Positions 12,835 through 25,495 of a stretch of DNA of 64,000 bases are shown piece by piece (within the stretch, counting starts at the first letter, position 1; the number at the start of each line of letters is the position of its first letter). The notes under the pieces were generated by a model, which saw only the letters and a list, made by a program, of their open reading frames with translations, ran no database searches and was not told the origin of the DNA. The DNA is from Ruditapes philippinarum (lineage: Eukaryota), in assembly GCF_026571515.1 (NCBI RefSeq), contig NW_026852422.1, positions 1-64,000 on the forward strand, in the 5' to 3' direction. The translations under genes were made by a program, and so were the position numbers.

Positions 12835-13521
12835 AAATGTTCATTCAGCATCTGTATTCAGAGATTGATGATCTCAACAAGTAAGGTCATTTTCTTTGAA
12901 AGAAAAATTTCTCAGTTTTGTTCTTAAGACTTTGAACTTTCCATGAAACGCAACCAAGTCAAATGATCAGCAAAAGTTATCATTTATGTGATTTCTACTT
13001 ATCATAACTCCAACAATTTCGATTTGATATCTGGCTTATTTAATTTCTGATTGAAGTTGCTAGAATTGGATTTGTTTAATAAAGTTATTTGTTCATCATT
13101 TTAATTGTTTTTTCTAAGTCTAAATGGTTTGAAGTATCAAGTTATCTTTGATGTATTGATTTAATTTTGTTATATTTTTATCATGTATTTTTGTTGATTT
13201 TTTTAGAAGTTTCTCCACATTCTAAAATAAAATGTTTTCTCCACAAGTCAGTGTTGTCAACAGAGATACATGTACTCCAGAACTCGGCAAATTTGTAAAA
13301 AAAAATCCCAGCTAATGCGGGGGTACAGACACAAACAAACTTTATTAGTATACAGTTATTTCATGGGTATTGCCCTGAGGTATCGGGGATAACATCTGGA
13401 ACTGTTGCCAAAGGCCGAAGAGGTGTAACAGTTAAAAATGTTGAGTCGTCAAAAGTTCATTTCATCATTGTGCATGCACAGGATTTCAGCGGTTCAATTC
13501 AACAGTTGAAAATAAGGAAAT

Positions 13522-13770
13522 GAGCCGCGTCATGACAAAACCAACATAATGGGTTTGCGACCAGCATGGATCCAGACCAGCCTGCACAGTCTGATCAGGA
13601 TCCATGCTGTTCGCTTATGAACCATATAACAAGACGAGAAACTGATAGAGAAAAGCATGGATCCTGATCAGACTGCGCGGATGCGCAGGCTGGTCTGGAT
13701 CCATGCTGGTCGCAAACCCATTATGTTGGTTTTGTCATGACGCGATGTTGGTTTTGTCATGACGCGGCTC
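13522..13770. mobile_element. Foldback MITE, Sola-like, copy 3
   Basis: Same TIRs, TSD aaat/aaat, 22 bp tandem duplication in the right TIR. Confidence 0.88.
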
Positions 13771-14018
13771 AAATAGTATTTATAGAAGGCATTAGGTTAT
13801 AACTCCATTTGAATAAATGTAGTGATAATAATGCTGCAATAAGGCATTGTCCACTTCATTGAGAAGGTTTGAAAATTGTGTCTGTACCCAGATTTTCATG
13901 TAGTGGGGGAAAACCCACATTTTTTCGAGTTCCAGATAACATCTTTTCTCACTGTTGATTATACTGCTTTCAATTTATCATGATGTTTAAAGAAATTTAA
14001 ATTCTAGAATTTTGATTT

Positions 14019-14261
14019 GAGTCGTGCCATGACAAAACCAGCATAATTGGTTGCGACCAGCATGGATCCAGACCAGCCTGCGCATCCGCACAGTCTGATC
14101 AGGATCCATGATGTTCACTATCAGTTTCTCTTCTTGTTATAGGGTTTGTAAGCTATGTAAGCGAACAGCATGGATCCTGATCAGACTGCACGGATGCGAA
14201 GGCTGGTCTGGATCCATGCTGGTCGCAAACCCATAACGTTGGTTTTGTCATGGCACAGCTC
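14019..14261. mobile_element. Foldback MITE, Sola-like, copy 4
   Basis: GAGTC...AGCTC termini, TSD attt/attt. Confidence 0.85.
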
Positions 14262-16597
14262 ATTTGTTTCATGAAAAACGGGTTAAGACTTTGGATAAAT
14301 GTCCAAATTAAATAAATTGTGTTTGTTTTATAATAACAACTTTCATATCATAAACTTTAGTCTTGTTTATAAGTATTAGTCTAAGCTGAACTTAATTCGT
14401 GAATTTAATTGACTTATATAACTGTGTATTTTTCTTTGAAAAAAATGTTAAATCCATTTGAATATGATATAAGACTTTGTTACATGTATTGATTGTCCAC
14501 ATTGTTTCGTAATATTTACTATTACATTAAATATAGAAAACAAATTAATTTATTATCAAATTGTTTATTTATTTTGTTTTGTAAATTACGTTATATTTAT
14601 TCTCTATAAATTTAGAATGCAGATGTTTTGCACATGTTAAGGATTGAGATATTGACAGATTTATTTAATTTATTAATTTGTTAACAGTTCAGCCTCATTA
14701 GTTCCGACATTTTTGTTGTGTAAATAAGTATGAGTTATAAAATATTGAGTGACTAAATATGAAATAAAATATAATATTGTTAAGGTTTGTTATTTAATTG
14801 GAAGTAAACCATTGTGATAAACTCATTCGACTTTTTCATTATTTTAGAATAATTTGATTTCTTTTTTTCATTCTCCACTACGGGGATTTATGTAGACTCT
14901 GCTTTGTCCGTGTGTATTTGTCCGTCTGTACGTATAACGGATGGTAAGGTTTCTGTGGGAATGATACAATGTAGTTAGCATGCATTCCTTGCTGTTCATT
15001 CTGTACGGTCTTTATCGTTTACGTGGCTTAATTTAAAGGACAATAGTGGTAGACAATAGAGTTACGTCATAAGTTCTCATATTAATTAGAACCATCCGTC
15101 TGTCTGTTTTGAAATTTTGGTCACCTTGCTAGCTATTTCTCAGCAACCACCGAAATTTCATAGAAATCTAAAGTTCAAAGGAGTACATATGTCTATTAGC
15201 ACCAACTTTTTTGTCCATTGGTTGTTTACAAAGCTATACGCCCCTTTAATACATTATAGTAGAGCGTCTATTGTTTCCAAAAATATCCTTTTTAGTCCAG
15301 GTAGGGTAGGTAATTTCATCAGTATTTATGTGAATTAAGTAGGCCCCAGTTTAAAGAATAGAAATAACCTTTAAATAACGTCATTCCCTAAACTCTTACT
15401 GTGTTCTGCTAATTGAACGAGTCCTCATAATCAAGATCATTTGCACTGCTTGATGTTGTAAAAAAAATCAATTGGGTCCAATCTTATCAATTTAGTATCG
15501 TTTTCACTTCCAGAGTCAAAAAGTCAATATCAAATCTATATCACATCCCATACTGCCTCGTTTTCATCTCCATGCAGAGTCCAAAAATTCAGCCTCGTCA
15601 TCTAGCCTCGTTTTCACTTTTGAGAGTCCAAAATCCGTATCAAATTATTATTATTATTGAATTAACAAAGTTCTGTGGTTTGAAGTAAAAAGGTCATTAC
15701 ACATGGTTGAGATCAATACTGATCTCTTTGGACTTGTACATTGTCGCTAAACATGTATCAGGTTTGGCTAGCACCTCGTCCAATATAGGTTAACAGCTGT
15801 GTACTCATTCTTTACAATGTATAATAACCCTATAATACTTGATAGTACAGAAAGAAGAAAGCAAAGAAATTAACTTTATCTTATCATCAATTTCAAGTAA
15901 AACTCAAATTCTCAAAGTCATTATCAAATATAGCATACATATAAATGAAAATGTAACATAAAATATCAATACGGAATGTCTCTGCTGCAAAGGAAAAAAA
16001 GATATCCCTTACATAATTTTAAGTAAACATGTAGTGAGTTCTTAAAGTATAGGCACTAGATCGAGCTATGAACATAGTCTGTTATAATAAGTCTCTTGAT
16101 AAAGAACAACTACATTTATATAAAGAAAGACAATGTTTGAATAATATCAAATTTACACATAATTTTTTTTTAATTTAAAGGGGGGTAATTCTTGAAATAG
16201 GTTCGTGATTAATGAACCATGTCAAATATGAGGAAGAGTAAAGTTCTACGTGTATTTAGCGTTTGAAGTAATGAGACAACACGGTAAAAATTCGAACAAT
16301 TTTAGGACAAGCGTCAGTAGTTCAAAGGGGAGATAATTTTGAAATGATTGTAGCTGAAAGTTAACTGCCCGTCATTTAAGATGTCAGCGATGATAAGAAC
16401 ATCGTATTTAAGCCAGGAAAGTTCTTTTCCTATCTATAGTAACAAAAAAGATTAAATAAGGAAATGAACAATATGATAGCAATTTTTCTAATTTGAAAGG
16501 GGAGATAATTTATGAAATATAGGTGCTAGAGCTATCAACCTCGTCATATATTTTTCGGTACCAGGTCATTCTTCGTAAGAAATTAATCGAAGAACTA

Positions 16598-16776
16598 CTG
16601 TCAAACCTGTCTTAAAGATCATCTCAGAATACAGACCACCTTGTGAATAAAGACCACTCTTTAAAAAAAATGTTCATTAACTAATAAGATTATATTACCT
16701 CCAAATAAAGACCGCTTGTCTTTAAAGGCCATGTTCTTTCTCTCTTTTCAATGGCCTATTTTCAAAGGTTTGACTG
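16598..16776. mobile_element. Tc1/mariner-type MITE ~280 bp upstream of the tubulin ATG
   Basis: ta|ctgtcaaacct ... aggtttgactg|ta, TA TSD, internal aaagacc repeats. Confidence 0.7.
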
Positions 16777-17010
16777 TAATATCAAAATTATGATAAACCA
16801 TGTTAAATAAATCTGGCTATATACATATTTATATGTGTCATAGTTGTATGTATAGATATGACCACGTTATGTGATTCATAGTGGCCTCATATACATATCA
16901 TAGATAACATATATATGCAGGTATATTTAGGAGGCGTTTTTCACATCAAAGATCATCTCTCACGGACGCTCATTAAGTCAAAGTGAGGCGAAGTGAATTA
17001 GGAGTTTAAT

Positions 17011-17016
17011 TATAAA
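17011..17016 (+). promoter_or_regulatory. Candidate TATA box of alpha-tubulin copy 1
   Basis: tataaa 47 nt upstream of the ATG. AT-rich background makes this weak. Confidence 0.3.
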
Positions 17017-17057
17017 GATAATCTTCCAGCAGTTCCACGGTCAACAGACAAAAAACA

Positions 17058-20000
17058 ATGGTAAGTTAGTATGTTCAACAATCATATTGATGATAATAAG
17101 TCGTATGTTCTTTTTAGTTTTAAAAATAACTGCAATTTCCATCAATCTCTAAAAATCAAAGATTTTGAAGTTTCGTATATTGAAGATCATTAATTTTTAA
17201 CTAAATATAACTTTATTCCATTTTGCACCGATCCCTGTGCCGACTTGCATTATTTATGTACACAAATTGTGACAGTAACTTATGTAGTAACTTCTGCTTA
17301 TATTCATTTTAAAACTCAATGGTAAAATATAGTTAAGGCCTTAGGAAAGATTAAATTTCATTATTTTGCTTGCGTAACCTGCTAATTGCGGGCAATGGAA
17401 TTGCATTTCTGTGAATTTGGAGTTTAAGGGATTTTAGTAATAAAATAAGAGAATCTTGAGCTAACAACAGTTAAGAGTCTACCCAGAGGTACAGGCACGG
17501 GCATTCAGTCTGGCCTGGCGTCTAACACTTAACACCTCCGCTTCTAATAGCTGGTCCTTGTTTTTTAAATCATAAAACTAGTACGGAGAGTTAAGATATG
17601 GCGAATGTGTAATTGCTGAACGTGACGTTTGTTTCATTTTCAATTAAAATTTCTTCTTTAGGCTATCCTTACCTACATGTATAGTATACAGTGTGTAGTT
17701 CATTAGGCCATTAAGGAGGTCGTGAATTTGTCAACTCAAGTTATTTTCCTTATTTTGTAGATAAGTTTTGTTTCTATGTAGGCATTTTGATGTGGGTGGA
17801 GTGGAGTTTTCAGTTGCATTATTATTATTACAATGTATATGTACTCTAAAAATATTGTACCAAGATTGAGATATACGCAGTGTTTCCCCTCTAGAAGCCA
17901 GGACAAAAATATTTTGGAGTTAAAGAATTGACTTAGATGTACTCGTTACAGGGCAACTGCACATTCCTCTATAAAAAAGTGACATACCTCTGACACGTCT
18001 GATAATGAAATCTATCTATAAAAATATTCAATTGTAAGAAAAATATATTTAAAAAATAAAATCAGTCTGAGCGTTGTTTAAATTTTATTGTTTATTTATC
18101 CATTGTTCGTAGAAATTGACCACCTTGATTCGTAAAAAATGACCACCTTACCGCCTTTCCTGAATAAAAAGTCAAATCAAAACAATTACAATGAATATAT
18201 TTACTAATTAGAAAAATATCAAAGGATTCTAATTGATTAATTTGTTTATAGATTGGTTCATTGATTTATTCGTTCGTTATTTCCTTTATTGGATCATTCA
18301 TTCATTCATTCATTCATTCATTCATTCATTCATTTATTTCAGCCAATTTAAATATGCATTCAGACAGTAGTATATAAACATTTTTGATCCTTAAGTCATT
18401 GACCTAGATGTTATTATCTATTTAGCTGACATTATCATTATTCATGATATATATTATCATGGGTAAGGAACAATGTCCAAAATTTATCAATGCTGATAAC
18501 AAGCATAAAGCAGGATACTGATACCATGTACTAGTATTTATATGCTTTAACTCATATGACACTAGATTATGTCATTACATGTACTAATTGTATTACATTG
18601 TACGAGATATGCATTAGGCAGATAACAGTGCAAAATATAGGTTGAAGGTGTCCAGAATCCCTCCGGAGACTCCCTCTTACCCCCTCCCCTAACCCCTCCC
18701 ACATCAACTAAAATAAAATATGCAAATAACATAATTTGGATGTTCACAACACGTTTTGTTTTTGTTTAAGTAATTTTGTTACTTCATTATTGATATAGTT
18801 ACAATGGGATACTACTTTTGACAATGTTATGATGATATTTCTTCATGATATAGAGTTTAATAGTCATTTCCTATCACCTTTGATTGGTATTCGTGGCAGC
18901 AATGAATCTCTTACTTACTTATAAACTTGCATGGAAAAGTCATTTCTTTTTCTAAAAAACAACTTATTAACAAATAATTGCGAACAATTTTATGAATCAC
19001 CAAATTTCAACATACTATATTTGAATAATAACACAACATATATAAGGGTTGCCTTAAGACGTTAGACTTGTAATGTTGACCAATAATTGAAATTCAGTCA
19101 CTGGAATAATCTTGAGTTTTGAATTTATATTAAAAAAAACTTTTTTTAATTATTATGTACAGCGCGAAGTAATCAGCATACATGTCGGCCAAGCCGGGGT
19201 CCAGATGGGCAATGCATGTTGGGAGTTATACTGTTTGGAACACGGGATCCAGCCCGATGGGCGCATGCCCAGTGATACGACTGTAGGTAGTGGAGACGAC
19301 TCGTTCAACACTTTCTTTAGCGAGACTGGTTCAGGGAAACACGTGCCGAGGTCACTTTTTGTTGACCTCGAGCCTACTGTCGTTGGTAAATATCTCTTTC
19401 TGCGTATAAATCTCTCAATTGGTCCGCAAATCTCAATGTATATCAGGAAATTACATGTAGCAATGTTTGCCACTGGTCAAAAAGTAACAAGTTTAGCCGA
19501 CATTATGTTTTGTTTCAGAACGAAAAAAGGGAATAACGAAACCAATGATAAATACTTTTCTATGAGTACATATACTTTATAAAAAAAACACTTGAATCTG
19601 TTTCATTAACTAAACATCAAACTCCTACACAGTTGTCTCCCTTTGCTTCGCTACGAATCAAATCATTTCTTCATAATGTGTACTAATTTTTTGTACATGT
19701 AATAATAATTGATATTGGACCTAAAAAATTACAACAAATTTACATATTTTTTATGAATGAATTAATGTTCTATTTTTCCAAGTTTATTTTTCAAACAAGG
19801 AATTTATTTCTACAAGACTTTTGGCACACATAAGTAGCCTTCAACCAACCTTTTGATAGGGAGAACAAACTAAAAAGACTTTTTTAGAATCAATTATTAT
19901 TACAATTATCATTTTGCAAATATAGTTTTAGTATATGTTCAACAATCAATGTATGTTAACTTTTAAAAGAGATGATTTTATTCTGCAGACGAGGTCCGTG

Positions 20001-21521
20001 TTGGTAAATATAGGCAGCTATATCATCCGGAGCAACTTATAACCGGAAAAGAAGACGCTGCTAACAACTACGCTAGAGGTCATTTTACCGTAGGTAAGGA
20101 GCTTATCGACGAAGTCCTTGACCGACTTCGTAAGATGACCGATCAATGCACGGGTCTGCAAGGATTCCTTGTGTTCCACAGCTTCGGCGGAGGCACAGGG
20201 TCTGGATTTACATCTTTGCTTTTGGAAAGACTTAGCGTGGACTACGGGAAGAAATGTAAGCTAGAGTTTGCCGTGTATCCGGCTCCAAAGGTGGCAACAG
20301 CTGTCGTGGAGCCCTATAATGCCGTCCTCACCACCCATACAACTTTAGAACACACAGACTGCGCGTTCATGGTAGATAATGAGGCGACCTTTGACATCTG
20401 CAATAAGAGACTTGACGTGGAGCGCCCCTCGTATTTAAATCTGAACCGATTGATTGGTCAGATTGTAAGTTCAATCACTGCCTCGCTAAGATTTGATGGA
20501 GCTCTAAACCTTGATTTAACAGAGTTACAGACGAACTTGGTTCCTTTTCCAAGAATCCATTTCCTGTTGACGACATACTCCCCGATCATATCAGCTGAGA
20601 AGGCTTATAATGAACAGCTTTCAGTTTCCCAGATTGCTAACGAATGTTTCGAACCAGCAAACCAAATGGTGAAATGTGATCCTCGGCTAGGAAAGTACAT
20701 GGCGTGTTGTATGCTGTACAGAGGTGACGTGGTTCCTAAAGATGTCAACGCCGCAATCGCCGCAATAAAGACGAAGAGAAGTATCCAGTTTGTTGACTGG
20801 TGTCCGACTGGTTTTAAAATAGGCATTAACTACCAGCCACCTACTGTGGTTCCCGGTGGAGACCTTGCCAAAGTACCAAGAGCTGTCTGCATGTTGAGTA
20901 ATACAACTGCCATAGCCGAAGCTTGGTCTAGACTGGACCACAAGTTCGACCTTATGTACGCCAAGAGAGCGTTCGTCCACTGGTAAGAGATTAGTGTATT
21001 CAACATCAGCAATTAGAGATAATTCTTTTTATTTAATGTTAAATTTAAACATACTTGGTCCTCCCTCGGAAGTGTGACACTGTTTGCGTATAATCTTGAC
21101 TTTCTTTAATCGCGACGGAAGTAATTTTGGAAGCATTTTCATAGTCAAGAAGTGAAACATGAACACGATGACGTTGTTTTTTACTATTTTTAATTTCAAG
21201 CTTTTATCTTAATTTTAAAATTTGTAAACATACGCACAATTCTTTGTTTTATGTACTCTATGCAAACAACATTATTAAAATCAAAGAAATTTGCATGTAA
21301 AAACTACCTATATGCATGAACTATACGGACATTTGTACAATGCTACTTCTGTAACCATAGTTATTGCATTTCCACATTCATTTTCTAGGTATGTAGGCGA
21401 AGGGATGGAGGAGGGTGAATTCGCCGAGGCGAGGGAAGACCTCGCTGTCCTCGAAAAAGATTACGAAGAAGTTGGTATCGATTCCACTTACGAAGCAGAG
21501 GATGAAAATGAAGAGTACTAA
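17058..21521 (+). CDS. TUBA: Alpha-tubulin, intact divergent isotype, 450 aa; exons 17058-17060, 19163-19385, 19989-20982, 21389-21521
   Basis: ATG|gtaagt exon 1 and a 223 nt exon 2 are the classic metazoan alpha-tubulin layout. All introns GT-AG. 3+223+994+133=1353 nt in frame. [21 protein letters not shown]-terminal EEY. Confidence 0.93.
18295..18335 (+). repeat. (ATTC)n microsatellite
   Basis: Direct inspection; lies ~60 bp before the start of homology with duplicated units. Confidence 0.9.
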
Positions 21522-21787
21522 TCGGAAGAATTAACACATATTTTTAAGCTGACGGTGGTGATCCTGACATTTTAATTAATTAATAGCGGAATACTCGTAT
21601 ATATTTGGACGATAAAAATACATCTTACGTTTTGGTTATTACTATTTTTTTAGTCAATATTAAAATTGTCATTGTATACTTTCATAGATATATATATACT
21701 TTTGATAAATTATTGTCCTTTCAGAAGTAATAAGTTTCGTTGCATAATGTATAACAGTTATCACTTTCCCTCGGCATAATTGACCTT

Positions 21788-21910
21788 CATGTCGTGTTTT
21801 CGCTTCTTTGCCTCCAAATAAAGCGAAAACACAATTTTGTCGTCCCTTCGTGTTTTCGCATTTTTAGGCGAAGAAGCGAAAATACGACACGGTGTAAATC
21901 AACCACCATA
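21788..21910. mobile_element. Short IS3EU-like MITE downstream of tubulin (paralogous copies ~43955-44184 and 56463-56710)
   Basis: Right end aaatca(a/g)ccac(c/t)ata. Left end tatagcggctgatt preserved in unit 3. 6 bp TSD gatctt seen left in unit 3 and right in unit 2. Confidence 0.65.
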
Positions 21911-22177
21911 AATCTTTACATGTCAGATTTTGTGTCAATCGCAACTTTTCGGCCCTTTCCGTAAGTCTTCGGACACAATAGTATGAATACACAGAACGGT
22001 TACGGTATTTAAGTCTAACCTTATTCTTTAAAATATATAGTAATACGCACATTTTTTGCTTTTCATGAACTTACGGCTTAAGAAATAATGTTTTCGCAAC
22101 AGTGATTTTATAGCTATATAAAATCACTGTGTGAGGAATTGCGCATCCAATCGATTCTAATGATATCGAGTTTAATA

Positions 22178-23519
22178 CGAGGGTTCTTCAAAAAGTTCTG
22201 TTATCGGGTATTAAAAACAATATAAAGAAAATATATACGAAAATGGTTTATTTCATCCCTTCAAAATATTCACCACCTACAGAAATACACTTTTGTAATC
22301 GAAATTTCCACTGTCTAAATGCATCAGAGTAGTCTGCCCTTGGTATCAGTCTCAAACACTGATATACAGCACTTCCAAGTCCGCTTCTGGTGGTATACCG
22401 ACGTCCAGACACCATCTTTTTTAGCCGGGGAAATATAAAAAAGTCACATGGACTTAAATCCGGCGAATAAGGGGGGTGGCTTAACACATTTACCTTTTCT
22501 TCAGCGAGAAAGTTAACAACCCCCCTGCTTTTATGCGCGGGGGCATTATCATGTAGTAAATTTACTCCCCTTAATCCAGTACTTGAACGTTTTTTTTTAT
22601 AAAACTTTTTTATCCTTTTTAGCACAACGTTCTTATAATATGTTCCAGTGATTGTTTTTACAGATTGTGATGGTATCTGAATAACTGGACCAAGATGATT
22701 GAAAAAAATGGTGTACAGAACTTTCTTTGAGTTTTTCTGCCGTTTAGCCACTACTGGACGTTTTTGATTTTGTCCTCTCCATTGTTTATTATCACCCCTC
22801 CTTTGTGGCTCAAACATGTAGACCCAAGTCTCATCTCCAGTTAACATATTAGAAATAGTCCTGCTGTCAAATGTTTTGAACTCTTTAAGGAGTTTTTTTG
22901 AACACATGACTCTCATTTTTTTCTGGTCATTGGTCAGTAAATAGGGCACCCAACGTGCACAAACCTTTTTCAGTCCAAGTTTTTTTAACAGAATTTCATG
23001 AACACTTCCTTCTGAAATGCCAACGCTATTAGCCATATCTTTTACTGTATAACGGCCATATTCTTCCACCAATGCTTTCACAGCAGCCACATGTTTATCA
23101 GTCACTGACGACTTCGGACGTCACCTTCGATGACCATCTTTAATCACAGAAAGGCCACCTTTAAATTTTTTCGCCCATCTACAAACTGTCATAAATGATA
23201 CCACGAATGTCCATAAATACCATTCAGCTCATTATAAATGTCTTTTGGAGATACATGCAAAGCAGTGCGACTTTTAATATAAGTGCGTACTTCAACTTTG
23301 TAATGTCGTTTCATTGTTATTTCCAAAATATGGCCAGTGTATACTAGTGACACTACTTCAAAACTGAATAATTTTGTCATTATTGCATCGATTTGCACGT
23401 GTTTTTCGTGCTTATATAGTGTGAATATTTATGTACATTAATGTATATGTTTATTGAAGCAAAACCGTCGATTTCGCTACGGAAGACCATTGGTAACAAA
23501 ACTTTTTGAATAAACCTCG
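22178..23519 (-). mobile_element. Full-length mariner (DD34D) transposon, 1342 bp
   Basis: TA TSDs, 28 bp TIRs (cgagggttcttcaaaaagttctgttatc vs cgaggtttattcaaaaagttttgttacc, 4 mismatches). Empty site tttaataattgt in units 2 (~44450) and 3 (~56965). Confidence 0.95.
22248..23314 (-). pseudogene. Mariner transposase, inactivated
   Basis: WVPYLL, TGDETW, HDNAPAH and YSPDLSPCDF motifs with D34D spacing. A 1 bp frameshift near 23205 and a TGA in the GRP motif (~23121) disrupt the N-terminal HTH. Confidence 0.92.
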
Positions 23520-25495
23520 TAATTGTGCCTGATTTGTTTCCGTACTTATTTCGGTTTAATGGTTAAGTCACTTGTTTTAAAATAGATCGTCAAAACAGTG
23601 ATTTTATTGCATATTTACAAAAACTTTCGGTCCTTCTATGATCAAAAGAAAAAAACTGCGGGTCGTGTAACAATGATGAGTATTACGTATAACTGGAGTA
23701 TACTGTATTATAAGACCGTGTAAGTTACGTTTGTCCGTCTAGACGCTTGCTACTCAAGAAAAATAACTTGTCATTTGTCACGTTACATACCGGAATATCC
23801 GTCTCCGTCTCGAAGGTGCCCGCCTAATGGCGGTAACGAGGGTTATATTTTCTCTTCAACGAAAACATGTGTACATAAATGTTTAAGATTCAAGATGTTG
23901 AAACATTTCCCATGCCTCTTAAAATTTAGTTATATCTTTTATCTATTTTGAGCCTTATGTTGTTACAAGTGCATTGTATACATGCACAATACGTTACAAA
24001 TACTAACGCTGAATAATCTTATAACCCCCTCCACATACTTGGGATAATGTGGTAATACTTATAACCAAACAACCAGATAGTTAAATGTTTGCATATGACA
24101 ACTAATTCGAAACTAAAAACAGCTGAGGAACATGACATCCTCAAACTAAAATCTCACATATTTCATAAAAAACATCTGAGAAAGCATTAGAAAATAGACG
24201 GGGGAATATCTTAAACTTGAAAGGAACGAAATTTTTAAACGCTCGTGCGTTTTGAATGAATAAATCATTGCAACATTTTTAAATAAAGTGAGTGAAGCTA
24301 TGACTGTATAGAGTTAAAATATTTATCAGCTTCTCAACTATGTTGCTTTCATAAAGTGTGTGCTTTGGACTTGCCTGGAAACATAATTAAAGAGATATGT
24401 CTATCTTGTGTTACAAACAAAACTTTTATAAGAAAACGAAATAAAAATTTCTGTGAATCAACATATTTAATTGCTATTATAGGACATTTAGAATTAATCT
24501 GCTTTATTGGAAACTGACATATTTCTTTTATTTTTATTTTTTATACAGTACCTATCAAGATATGAAAAAATATTCTTATGAAAAATGACAACCGATTTAA
24601 ACGTTTTAAGAAAGTCATCAAAGCACATTAATATGTTTTATCAAAAAATATTTGAAGTTGGATTTTCGTAATAGACAATATTAAAATGAACATTCCGCGG
24701 GTGCAGATTGATATATTCCACACTAGATACACAGTACTGCTTTTAAATAACGGTGTAATGTTTCATATACCGCATTTAAAAAATGTAAAAATATGGAGAA
24801 CATAATGATATTTTTATGTATTCATATTCTATTGAAGTCTGTACCAATATATCAATATAATTATGTTACTATAATTATCTTTCTTTGCAAACATTGGCAA
24901 TATTTGGGGTAGTTTTAAAGCATTTTGGATTGATCTCCCTTTCCTTGCGTACCAAATAATAACCCAGTTCAATTTTACTTCCTTTATCTTATTTTCGGAA
25001 AAATGTTAACTTAATGATTTAAAAGTTTAAGTGGTTGAAACTTTGGGTTTAAGCTGTGAAACCATAAAATATCATATAGACGGATTAAATAAAGCTAAGT
25101 TTAAATGAAAGCATTTACGGCATTGTTACAAGACCAAACTTGTTGGCCTCCGCACCGAAGGGCGACGCCCTTTATTGAGTTCATTCATATCTTATGAAAG
25201 GAAGTTGTTGTTGTTGGTGTTTGATTGACTTTATGTGTACTTATTGAATGTCAATATGACAGATGCATATGTCGAGACACGACGTTTTTTTGTGTACGCG
25301 ATAGACACGGTCACACTTTAATGTTATTGCAGAAATACATGTGATATAATTATAATGATAAAAATAGAATAATCAGAAATTGGTGCAATTTTACATACCG
25401 TATTGATGTGTTAATAATTTTTATCTGTGTAAATACGTGTATGTGTAGTCAAAAGATCGGACATTTCGTTTCCAAGTAGGTCTTTTCACTTTGAA

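Noticed and set aside
19153-21012. Minus-strand ORFs over tubulin exons (also 42843-43185, 53770-54138, 55398-55676) and over TRIM-like genes
   Set aside because: Antisense shadows that recur only because the sense genes are duplicated; no recognisable protein features.
22248-23105. SETMAR-like domesticated gene
   Set aside because: No SET domain. TIRs, TA TSDs, empty paralogous sites and inactivating lesions show an ordinary mariner copy.
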